A stretch of DNA of 64,000 nucleotides from Monocercomonoides exilis PA203 (taxonomy: Eukaryota > Protista > Preaxostyla). This document shows, piece after piece, positions 36,499 to 48,658 of the stretch. Made by a program: the position numbers and the translations under genes. The stretch is taken from positions 930,001-994,000 of the forward strand of contig LSRY02000028.1 of assembly GCA_001643675.2 (NCBI GenBank), written 5' to 3'. The first letter of the stretch is position 1. Each line of letters opens with the position of its first letter. The notes below the pieces were generated by a model. That model made no database searches. It was given only the letters and a program-made list of their open reading frames with translations, and was not told the DNA's origin.

Positions 36499-37550
36499 TT
36501 GCACATCAATTTCTTGAGGTCACTGCCATTTGCGATTGTTTTCTTCTTTTATCTGCGCTGCTCTCCTTATTTTACTCGTCCATCTTCTTCTTCTTCTACT
36601 ACTACTTCTGCTTCTTCTTCCACAATCCCTTCCTTCACTTCTTCATCTTCTCCTCCTGTATCCATCCGTTTTATTCATCGTTCTGCTGCGTCTTCCTTCC
36701 CTCGTCTGCATTCACAGGAATGGAAGGGGCAGAGAGCCAGTTGGAAGAATAGGCAGATTTGGACTCGACTTTTCTGATCCCGCCGAGAAAGAAGCGGAGC
36801 AGCGAGACAAGAATTGTCGCTATTTCTCCACTTTCATCATCATCAACACTATCATCTTCTTCTTCATCTTCAATCATCTCTTCTTCTCAAACAGACAAAA
36901 CTCGGTTGATTAATCAGCCAGTGCCATTTGCACAGCCACTTGGGACGATGCCATTTCGCGTGTCTTATCTGCCTTCTCCTCCAGCCACTCCTTCTCCTTC
37001 GTATTCTCCTTCTTTCACTCCCTCTGCTTCACCACACGCACCCACCACACTTCAAAGCCAGCCATCTACTCCTCTTCTGTCATCATCCTCTTCTTCCTCC
37101 TCTTCCTCCTCCTCTTCTTCTATTTCCGCCTCTGCAATTGCAATGAAGCTGAGCATCGTGCTGCTTTCCACAACAACTTCACATCCATCCACGTTCAGCC
37201 CAAATAATCTGCCTTCTTCATCTGATACTTCGTCAGATTCTGTGCCGCAGCGGATGAGCCAGTCTTACTCATCTGGGCGAATGATATACAGGAGACGAGT
37301 GGGCTGGCAGAGGACGAAGGAATGAAGGCATTTCACGAGATGCTTTTGGAGAGGCAGCATGAGGTGAGGAAGAAGATGGAGCAGAAGACGATGAAGGAAG
37401 AGAACAAAGGAAAAGTTAAAGTTGCTGAATGGAATGAAGAGAATGGCAATCAGAGCAGATCAATTTCGTCTTTATCTGATTTGAAGACGAACGCAGTCGA
37501 AAAGAAGTCCAGTGCTTCGAACAGATTGCCGTTTTGGAAGAAATTTTGTG
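36499..37550 (+). pseudogene. Fragmented Ser-rich/charged coding remnant
   Basis: Three consecutive overlapping ORFs in different frames (36499-36777, 36759-37325, 37322 onward) with coding-like GC content and the same poly-Ser style as neighbouring genes, joined by apparent frameshifts. No recognisable domain. Confidence 0.4.
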
Positions 37551-37610
37551 TATTCAAAATATTGTTCCACATTCCATTACTGAATCTTTTTCGCTTATCA
37601 AAAATTTTAC

Positions 37611-37611
<1 letters not shown>

Positions 37612-37655
<44 letters not shown>
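37612..37655. repeat. (TTA)n microsatellite
   Basis: Direct reading; about 14 units. Confidence 0.9.
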
Positions 37656-37775
37656 GAAAGACTCAAAATGAAATGAAAGCAGAAAAAGTTTGGAACAAAT
37701 CGTTCCTTTTTTTAAAAAGGCAAAAAATATTACACCAATTATTTTTTAAAAACTTCAAGTATGGTGTAGATCGAA

Positions 37776-40700
37776 ATGTCAAATTTGCTTGATACAGCCA
37801 AAATTCTGGAGATACGTGTCAAAAGATATAAAAGACAATTAAAAATTGGCTGTTCTAAGCATCCATGCACAAATCCTTATTGTAGAAACTATCCTTCACG
37901 AGAAAATACAAATCTTAATTCTGTTGACGATGAAGCAGAATCACTTGTTTGATAAATTTTTTAATTCAAATTTACAAATGAGTTTTTTTTGACTTATCTT
38001 AAATTATTGCGTTTATTATAAATTTTCTTCTTTTCTTTTTTAATGACAATTTAGAAGAATGAAAGAAATTTTTGCCCGTTGAAAGATCTAATTCCATGTA
38101 ATATAGACTATCAGACTTTTGCTGTTTGTATATTTTATTTCAAAATTTAAAGAATTATTTTTCCATTTGATACACCTTTTTTTCGTTCCAAGGAATTTGC
38201 CGAATATTGTCAAGAAGAAAGATCAAATGAAGCGATAATTGAAATAGTAGCCAGATGTTTTTCAGATCTGAATAACGTTATTCATGTATTTGAAGATATA
38301 AAAAATCCTCCGACAAGTAATCATCTTCATCGTCTAACTAATGAAGATGATTCTTCTTATATACCATCGTCTGCTTCGATTGATCCTTCACCTCCTTCGT
38401 CACCATTTGTTCACAATATTCCACTTCATTCTTCACCAATGTCATCATCTGTTTCATCGCCAGCATCATCAACTTTATGCTCCTTACCACTTCCATTTTG
38501 GAAAACAATAAACCCCACAACAATTGTTAATGTGTATCAAACGATTTTTCTATTAGATGATCCAAAGTTAACAAACACATTAGTTTCATCTACAAAACAA
38601 CTTGTCAGACAGCTTTTGGAAATACGTTCACTAATTCAAGCCTCATCACAGACTCTTGCTTTGTTTCCTATTCTCCTTCTTAGCCATGTTGTTGCAGATT
38701 TTACCAACAATGACATATTGGTAAATGTTTGCATGGTGTTGTGCGAACTGGAAATGGAAACGCAGGCGACTCTTATTCGTTGGCTAGCTTCATTTGAGCC
38801 TTCCATTTTGAGAAGGATGATCGGGCCAATGCAGACATACGTATCTTTAACCCTTCTGATAACAGGGTTTCGTATAACCCCCTCACAGGGCAGAGCAGGA
38901 AATAGAAGAACCGGCACAGATGAGCCTGGAGGAGGCAGCGGGAACAGCAGAACCAGCGGAAGCAATAGCAGCAGTGGAGCGGGGGATGCTGCAGGAGAAG
39001 AGCAAGAGAGTGAAAACGGGAAGGATCAATTGGCTACTCCGAAGCAGAGGAGAAGCATGGAGGTGATTGTTGGTGCGATGCGAGTGATGTTTCGAGCGAC
39101 GCTGCAGCAGCGGCAGAGCCGGCTAGACGAAAGAGGCATGATGTGCGATGCCTTTTACAACGAAGTTGTCAACGAGCGGAAGATGGGCGATGAGTATGTG
39201 CTGATGAAGGAAGGGAAATTCTCCTTCTGCAACTCGCCTTTTCTGCTGACTGCTTCCTCCAAAGCGACAATTCTGCGATTTGAGGCCCAGCACCAGCAAG
39301 AGCGCGAAGTCAGAGGGCAGTTTCTGTCGTCGCTGCTTCGGGGAAGTAATGTGCTGAGCTGTACATTGAAAGTGCGGAGAGACCATCTCATCGAAGACAC
39401 TCTGAATGAGGTGTGGTTGCCAGACTGTGTGGATGTGTTTTGTTCAAATAAACATTTATTTATAATAAAAGAAGTTATTTTGATGAGTTTTATTTATAAT
39501 ATTCGGAGTTTATTTTATTTCGCATTATTCGTCATCGTATATTTTACAATTATTTCTCTCTGAATTCACTTACATTTGCATAGATTGAAGGCAAAACAGC
39601 ATCTGAATTGAGAAAGCCTTTGAAGATCGTGTTTGTGAATGAAGAAGCGATTGACGAAGGAGGAGTGCGAAAGGAGTTCTTTGTGCTTCTGATGAGAGAG
39701 CTGTTTGATCTGAAATACGGAATTGTTGTCGATGTAAATGCATTGGACGGTGATGATGATTCAAGCACAGAAAGTCCTTCTTCATCTTCCACTCCATCTG
39801 CTTCTGCCTCTGCTTCTGCATCATCATCCACTTCTCCTTCATCATCATCCACTCCATCTTCTTCCTCATCCTCTTCAGACACTTCTACACAATCACCATC
39901 ACCATCACCATCTCCTTCTTCATCTCCTATTTCCTCTTCCAACTCATCTTCTTTTTATTGGTTCAATCCATTCTATCAGGACGACCAAGGAACATTAGAG
40001 CTTGTGGGTAAGATGCTTGGGCTGGCCATCTACAACTCCACCATCCTCGACCTCCACTTCCCTCTTGTTGTGTACAAGAAGCTTCTGAACATCCCACCCA
40101 CACTCGCTGACCTCGCACAGATCCAGCCAGAACTGGCACACTCGTTCCAGATGATGCTGCAGATGCCCCCAGACGAGGTGGAGTCGCTGTGTCAGACGTT
40201 TTCTGTGGTGCGGCGCGTGTTTGGGGAGATTAGGACGATCGATCTGTGCCGCGACGGGCGGAACAAGGATGTCACAGGGGAAAACAGAGAAGAGTACATC
40301 TGCTGCTACATCAACTGGTACTTCAACACATCAGTGAAGCACAACTTTGATGCATTTGCAAAGGGATTTTCTGCTATTGTGGGAGATTTGATCCACATGT
40401 TCCAGCCAGAAGAGCTCGAGCTGCTGATCGTCGGCTCGCGGGAGCTCGACTTTGAGGCGCTGGAGAAGAATGCGCAGTATGACGGCGGGTTCAGCAGCGA
40501 GCACCCGACAATTAAGCTGTTCTGGAAGGTGGTGCATACGCTGAGCGAAGACGAGAAGCGGCTGCTGCTGCATTTTGTGACGTCGACAGACAGGGCGCCG
40601 ATTGGAGGGCTGGGGAAGATGAAGTTTGTGGTGGTGAGGAACGGGCCAGACTCAGACCAGCTGCCAACATCGCACACTTGCTTCAATGCGCTGATGCTAC

Positions 40701-40780
40701 CAGAGTATCAGTCGGCGGAGAAGATGAAAGAAAAACTGCTCACGGCCATCAGAAATGCAGAGGGCTTTGGATTGAAATAG
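37776..40780 (+). CDS. UBE3A: E6AP/UBE3A-like HECT E3 ubiquitin ligase with N-terminal AZUL zinc finger, ~884 aa; exons 37776-37946, 38055-38123, 38193-39410, 39584-40780
   Basis: Exons 1-2 give RYKRQLKIGCSKHPCTNPYCRN...AESL-KNERNFCP (AZUL C-x4-C-x4-C...C). Then FYNE, FSFCNSPFLL, LKVRRDHLIEDTL, LRKPLKIVFVNEEAIDEGGVRKEFF, catalytic LPTSHTCFN and C-terminal GFGLK. All three GT-AG introns are phase 0 and keep the frame. Confidence 0.88.
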
Positions 40781-41567
40781 AAAAAAAAGTGAAGAGAAAT
40801 TTTATCTTTTATTACAGATAAATCACGATTTTGCGGATTGTGGTCAAAGAATGTTTTATAGCGAAAGTTACTCATCATTTTACAAAAGAGATTATTCAAA
40901 ATTTTGAGGCATATGCAATTATGTCGGCTGAATCCCTTTCTTCTTATACAAATAAACACCTCATCCAAAATATTTGTTTTTACTTCCTCGTTTAAACTTA
41001 CGAATTATTCCTTTAAGTGTTCCACATTTCTTTAACCATTCGTCTTTTTATGTATTTCCACATTTCTTTCAAGTTTTTATTATTCATTTCTAAAAATTCT
41101 ATATTTATTTGCTTTATCCACTTCACATGAAAATGAATAAAACTTTGATTTGGTCATTACTCGAAATGATGAAAGAACTAACAGTTTCGATTCATGAGGC
41201 AAATAGAAAGAAGCAAGCTAAAACGCTTGAGTGTTTTAAACAAAGCAGTAAGAATATAATGTTATTTATAAAAAAATGAAAAACTTACAGAAATCCAACA
41301 AGAGAATTACAAAATCAATAAAACAAGCACTAACGAAGACAATAAACAAGAAAAACATAAAAAATATGTGTAAATCGATAGATAACGCAATTAGGCTCCA
41401 ACACGCAGACGCAATTGTAATCATTCTGTTTCCGAAATGTCAGAACAAATAAATGATAATCAAACTAATTTTCAAAAGGAAATGAAATAGGACTTAGGAT
41501 AACACATTACGAGTCTATTTACTTTTAAATCAGCATCACAACATCACATGTAATCAGAATAGCCTGT

Positions 41568-43689
41568 TTATTCGATTGAGTCTGTGGAATCAGTGGAGTC
41601 TGTGCTTACCAAAGACGACGCCGAGTCATAAACAGTCGATGTGGACAGCGAGGAAGGGGGAAGTTGAGAAGCAACCGTGTTCATTCGGAGAGGGGAACGA
41701 GCGTAACCAGAAGATGAAGAAGATGAGGGCGATGATGATGTTGTTGTTGTTGATGTTGGTTGTGATGAGGCAGAAGATGAAGAGAGAGGAAGAGAAGTCG
41801 ATATCTGTGGTGGTGCCTGTGTTGGATGGGACATTTCTGGTGCAGCTGGATACATCATCAGAAGAGAATCCTGACGAGAATGCTTCATTCGAGAAATGAA
41901 TGGAACTTTTGGCTCAGCTGACAATTGAGCAGAAAGATCGTCCTCGTCTGAAGAAGTAGACGATGATGGTACAGAAACACTGCTATTGCTATTTTGCGTG
42001 CTTTTATCAGCAGAAGCAGCAGGGAATGGGTCAGGCTGTCCCATCAGAGCAGAAGTAGGGGACAAAAGATCATCTTCATCAGAGCCAACAAATGGAGCGG
42101 GGGAATCATCAGTCGAAGAGGAGGAGATGGAAAGCGGATGGAGTGTGTTCCTTCTGTTTGATGCACCAGCTGTTGAAGATGGGATGGTTGGAGATGATAT
42201 TGGAATGCGAGGAGCCATTGAGTTGCTGTGGCTGTGGGAAGCAGGATATGCTTGTTTGGAAGATGAAAATGAAGACATTGCAGAAGTATTGGCAGATGAT
42301 GCATCGGTACTGTTGTTGGCTTGTGCAGGCACAGGCGAAAGAGAAGAAGGCGAGGAAGAGCGAGGGACAGCAACAGTTGGAGATGAAAAGGCATCTATTG
42401 AAGGCGATGGTGGAACAAATTGCAGCGTGGCTGTGGAGATTGTGGATACTGGTGTAAATTCGTCTGGCATCTGTGCCATCAGCATCATCAGCTGCTTTTC
42501 TTTCTCTCGCGTCTCTTCTTCGTCTGCGCTCAACAGATCTGATTCTTCATCATAATCTCTGCCTTCATCCTCACTTTCGTCCATCTGCTCTTCTCTGGCA
42601 CTTGTAGATGCAGACAATGAAGATGCTGGACGTGATGGCGTGGACATTGCATAGGCATTCATTTGATGTGCATTGCCTCCTTCAACATCGCCCATCCTCT
42701 CCATTTCTGCAGGAAGCTGAATCGGCGAGTTGCTGTTGTTCATTCTAAACGAACCTTGTCTGAAATGCTTGTTAAAGAAGCTCTGGGGAGCATTTTCAGT
42801 GGCAGGTGAAGAAGGTTGCAAAGATGTGAGTGAAGGCGAATGCAGAGACGATCGCTGACGTGGTGTCAGCAGCATGTCCAATGTCATTGGCTGGCCAGCA
42901 TTGGGCTGATAGGGTAGAGAAAGGGGAGAATTGTCTGCCTGTTGCATAGTCGGAGATGTGGCAGGAGAGTAGCATGGATCGTATGTGCGCAGATTGGCGA
43001 AGGAGGAAAGACGCGGAGTGAGTGTAACATCGCCAGCAGTGATGCCGAAGATGTTTGTTCCGAATTGCAGATTCCACCGGCGGGAAGATGAGACGTGCTG
43101 GTGGGGGGAGATAGAAGAGACTGGCGAAGAAGTGGGAGAAGCAACAGTGAAAGGAGAAGCTGGGCGGGAAGAAGGAAAGAAGAGTGCTTCAACAGGCTCA
43201 AGCGACGCAGACGGCGACGCAGCAGAGGAAGAAAAGTTGAGAGTGGTGTTGCTGAGGTAGTATTGTGGAAGATCTTGTGGATGCATCACAATCATGTTGC
43301 CTACAATGGAAGGAGTTGCATTGTCTTTGATGGAATGGAGAGAAATGTAGATGAAAGGCGTGCCTTCATCATCACAATCAAAACTTGGCTTCTTTTTCTT
43401 GTTGATTTTTGTCTTTTTTCTTGGTTTTGTTTTTTCACCCATTGAATCACTTGAAGATGAAGAAGAATTTGTCATTTGTACTGCAACTGTTCCATTGCTT
43501 GATGAAGCACCTTTTGACTCATTCTCTTCGTCCTGGGGTGGATAGCTTGCATTCTGAAACGAGCGAGAAAGATATGGTCGAGGTGCAAGCAGATCAGAGG
43601 ATGTTGATCTTGAATGTGCTGGTGAATTCTCTGCAACATCAAGCAAATGATTAACTGTAGCAGAAGATGGAACCGAACCAGAAGAAGAA

Positions 43690-43720
<31 letters not shown>

Positions 43721-46700
43721 CAGAATCAGCAGCACTTGTTCGATTTGAACTTAATTCTTGATCAATACTTCCTGCTTTGTTCAACAGTACTTCGTTTCCA
43801 TTGTCTGGCCGAGTATTCTCATTGGACTGATCCAAATAGCTTGGAGACGTCGGTGGAGAAGGCGAAGGAGAAGAAGCAGAAGTATTCCCGTTTCTTTGCT
43901 CGTTTGTGTTGTCACCGTTGCCCTGCATTTCTTGAGCAGTTGCTGATTTGTGTGGCTCAAGCAGAGTGGAAGGGAACAGAATGTCAGCCAGCGATGTTGT
44001 ATTTGTTTGTGTTTGATTGTCCTCATCGAAATCATTTCTTGTTCCTCTCCTTAAATCATTCGCGTCCTTCTCCTCTTCATTTCCTATGTCAGCCATCTGC
44101 TTTTGGTTGAGCATAGATCTCATCGCAACAGGGCGTGGGCAGCCGAAGCCAGGAAGCTGGTTTTTCTTTGCGCTTTTGCGGCGATACGACTTCAGCCGCC
44201 CGCTTCCGTCCAACTCGACAAACTGCTCAATCATCTTCATCGGCAGACTCTCCATCTTCCTCCGGCGCAGACGCACATGCGGTATTCTGCCCCAGAAGGA
44301 GTAGTAAGTGTACTGCGGAGACGGCTTTGTGTCACATTTGACAGTTGGGCGGCGGGCAGACGAAGAGGCTCCAAAGCCAGAAGCAGTTGTTTGCACAGGT
44401 GTCTTGGCTGAGGGTGTGGGAGTGGGGGTGCGTGCTCCATTCGCTCCAGCTGTCTGTACGCGACTCCCATTCGAGCGTTCTGCTTGTTCTGGTCTGCAAG
44501 GCTTGGCGTCTCTGTACACAACGGCCCTTGGGTTGAGCTCATTCTGTTTGAAATTTTCTGTTTTTTTGTCTTGTTGTGAAGTGTCTGTTGGTGTCTTTCG
44601 AGCTTTTTCACTTCGAACAGACTCTGAATCAGCATCACTCCTGCGCCTCATAGATGGCTTCAGAAAGGCTTCGTTTTCTTCGTTTTTCTCGTCTTTCAGC
44701 GAAGTTATGGTTTCTTCGCTTTCGTCTGATTTGATGCTGCCTTCTCTTATGCTGTGCTTTGATTTCGATCTTTTGGATTTTCCTCTCTTTTTCTTTTTCT
44801 TCTCTTTCCCGCTTTTGCTTTTGCTTCTTTTTCTGCCTCTTTTCTCTTCTTCATTGCCATCTTCCTGTTCCTCTTTTTCACTGTTATTCGCATCAATTTC
44901 TTCGCTATCATCTTCTTCTTCTGTTATTCTGGGTGATAGCCCTTTCACAGGTGTTTTGCTCTTCTTCTTTTTCTCCTTCCCCTCTTCGCCTCCTTCTTGT
45001 GCTTCCTGCTCTGCTTTTTTCATTTCTCGTTCTTTTCTCTTTCTCTCCCTTTGCTCCTGATACATTCTCAATCTGTACTCTCTGTCTGTGTTCGGTCTTT
45101 TGCTATTTGCTCCCAATTCTGATGTTTGAGTAACTCCAGAATTAGGTGTCAGCGATGGTGAAGGTGTTGGAGTGGACGAAGGAGATGGATATGGAGATGG
45201 CGTGCTGTTTGGCTTTGGAGAAGTTGATGGAGTAGTCGCCCTTCTTTCGTCATTATTATTTGCTTGTGTCGAAACAGGTGCCTGTATCGAGACTGCTTTT
45301 GCTCTCGCCTTCACTTTCACTTTGGCCTTCGGCTTTGGCTGAGCAGTTGCTGTTGCTCCGTCTTTAGCCTTCCCGTTCTGTTGTGCCTGGAGTCGCTGTT
45401 CCTCTTGCAACTGCTGCTGCTTTCTGACTCCTGTGAGCGGAGGCGGTGGAATGCGAGGCCGTGCAAGAGGTGATATTTCAGGCTCGATGTAAAGTGGGTG
45501 CTTGTCGACGTATGTTTCGATCACGTTCTCAACTGCAGCAAACGGAAGATGGAACGAAGGATCAAAGTAGAACGGAGGGAAGGAAACGAGTGATGAATTG
45601 AAAGTGAATGAGGATTTAGATGCTGCATTGGATGACGAAGAGTATGACGAAGAATTTGCGTTGCCTGATGCGGAAGCTGTTTGTGAGGATGAAGAAGACA
45701 ACGCCATTGTATTCAGAGAAGAGAAAAGTTGCATTTTTTGATTTCTATGCATCGTCCGCTGAATCTTGAGCAATCTCTTCATCGAATTCAGCTCTTCCTC
45801 CTCTTTGTTCATAAACAATGCTGCAGGATTAACGTTTGCTCTAACTTCTTCTCCACTTTTCTTTTTCCTCTCTCCATCTTCCTCGTCGTTATCTTCATTG
45901 CCATCTTCTTCCTCTTCTTCATTGTTTGTGCCATATTCACTTATCATGTCCAGCTCATCGCATCCAACTTCCATTATCTTTTCAACCCATTCTTCGTCTT
46001 CTTCTTCACTCATCCAAATAAACTGCCAAAAATAATACAGAATCTTCCAAAACAGAAGAGTGACAGAGCTTATTTTTCTTCTCTTCATTCTGTTATTTGA
46101 AGAGTTTCCGTTTCTCATTTCGTTCAGTTCTTCCGCAATTCCCTTTGATTCAATATTGTCTCTGATCTCTTCCATTTCTTCCACTGCATTCAGATTCCCT
46201 GTTAACCGTCTCCTCTTTCTCCATGTTGATCTGACAGCCACAGCAACACTCCAAATGACGTATATCAAGTAGAATGCTCCAACAACATACACAGGCAAAT
46301 ACATACCTGCAATACCAGCTTTTTGTCCTTCGGGTGTGTCAGCCATCTTATTCTGGTAGATTGTCAGAAAGAAAGCAACAATAAAATGGATGATGTGCAA
46401 ATGCAATGCAGCTTGCATGTGTGTGAACAGTTTAGAGAACAAAGAAGACGTTGCAGAGAGAGAAAGAGAAAGAAGCGAAAAGGGGCTCTGTTGGACGTCT
46501 TGTTCCACTGCAGGCGAAGCATAGACACGGAAGATGTTGTATTTGTCTGTGAAGAAGAGGAATATAAACACAGCCGCGTGGATTGGGATGATCAGAGGGA
46601 AGATTGGAGCAATGAAGAGAGAAATGTAGATTAATGCAATGGTGAATGATACTCTATGTTCAAAAGGAAACTGCTCTGGCTTTTCGATAAGATTGGCTTC

Positions 46701-48610
46701 ATACAAAGAAACAGAACTAGAAGAAGATGTGGCGGAAGAGGAGGATGAGGAGGAAGCAGACAACTGACGTGGAGAAGAAGAAGTAGATGGAGAAGGGTTC
46801 TTTGTGAGTGGAGTGGTTGATGAATAGGATGTGACTGAGGAATCGTCATCTTCATCAACATGTGCCACTATCACATCTTCCATCTCTTTCTCTTTCCACT
46901 TCGATTCTCCTTTAACCAAACTTCCTTTGCCATCTTCTGTCGAATTTTTCATTTGCCTGTTTCTCTCTTTCTTATCTGTTGCCGTGCTTTTCTTTTCTTC
47001 TGGGCGAAGAGACGCCCTCAGCCAGCATTTCTTTCCCCACGTCTTCAAATGGCAGCAGTTGTACACAATCTCCACAAAGGGCACAAAAAGCGCAATAAAA
47101 AACATGAGCGCGCCAGCAAATGCGAAATAACTGTATGAAAAGGCATATCCCGTCAAAGTTAGATCAGATGTATCATTCGAATGTGTGATGACGTTTGCAG
47201 AAGATAATGCCATTTCAACAGAAGCATCTGCTATTTGGCTCAAAGAAAGCAGTGATGTGGGGATAGTTGATGGTAAATTGTGATGCTGTGTTGTGTCTGC
47301 TACTTCAGAATTGTTCGAAAGTTGAGGTGTGGAATGATCAGAAAGATGAGAGTTGAATGAAGCATTAGTTTGTAAAAGCGAAACAAAGGATGAATGAAAT
47401 GATTTATGGTTGAAAAGAGAGGGTGAAGAATTCAATGGAGATTGATTGAAGGAATGGTTCTGATGAGACAAAGAATGATAATCTATTGTTGATGCAGGAA
47501 ATGTGAGAGAAGGTTCAATCAACATTTTTGCATTATCATCATTTGGTGTAATGCCATCATATGTGGTTGTTCTTTTCACCAAAAAAGACATCAAAAACAC
47601 TCCAAAAGTGGTCAAAATGCAGAAAATAATTGCCATTTGAAAGATTTTGAAGCGTTGGGGTTGAGCAAAAGACGAAGAATGAATAAAGGAAGATGACGAT
47701 GAACGCATCACGTGGAGAAAGAGATAGGCAATTATCGTCAAAATAACAGCTGTAACTATCATATACACGATCTTATTTGTTGAAGACTTTGATGCAACAA
47801 ACGCTTCTCCACAGAAAACAGGAATGGCATCAATAAGAAGAGAGACCACCTGAAAGAAAAGAAATTGCATGTGAGAAATTGATTGGTTAAAGAGGCGGAA
47901 TGAAACACAAAATGAATTGTGTTTTGAAGGTGATAATGAAATCAATCAGTATTCATCCCCATGTTTGCATTTACACAGCAAAATATCAGCATAGCAAAAT
48001 GATTAAATAGCAACAATAATTATTCCAAAAATATTTCAACTGAAATTGAAGCACACCAGAAAAAGTGCAATCACTGCTACTTTTTTTGCCCATTCATCTG
48101 CTGGACTTTGCGAAAGATGAACAAAATCAATGTCACCAGGCTCCACATGGGGAGTAAGCTTTATCAGATCATCTCCTTCAAATTTACTGTGATAGAAGAT
48201 CAAACATCAAATAACAATAATATTAAATAATTTTCAGATAGCATCAACATTTAATTCATTTATTAACTTTGATATAATCACAGTGAATGATGCATACTAT
48301 GCGTATGGCATGTTCACTGGCTCGCCTGACCATCTGCTCCATTCTGTCTTCTTTTTGTATTCCTCGCAGACACGCTGCGCATCACTCACAAATTCGAATA
48401 TGACAAATGCAACAGTCGTGGCTGGGTTCAAAATGGGGTCTTTCAGCTTCTTTCTCTGATGGAATAGAGAAAGCAGGTTTTTCTCAATATATTCTTTGAT
48501 TTGTCAAATAGACATCGAATGGACAACATTTGAGAAGTGGAGAAGAAGAAAGTGTTTTGTCAATGGAACAAAAAGACAAGAAATCACAAGTTATTGGAAA
48601 TGGTATTTAA

Positions 48611-48658
<48 letters not shown>

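Noticed and set aside
47850-47945. ORF-track start of the 2125-aa protein
   Set aside because: It lies in intron 47850-48056; the N-terminus comes from upstream exons.
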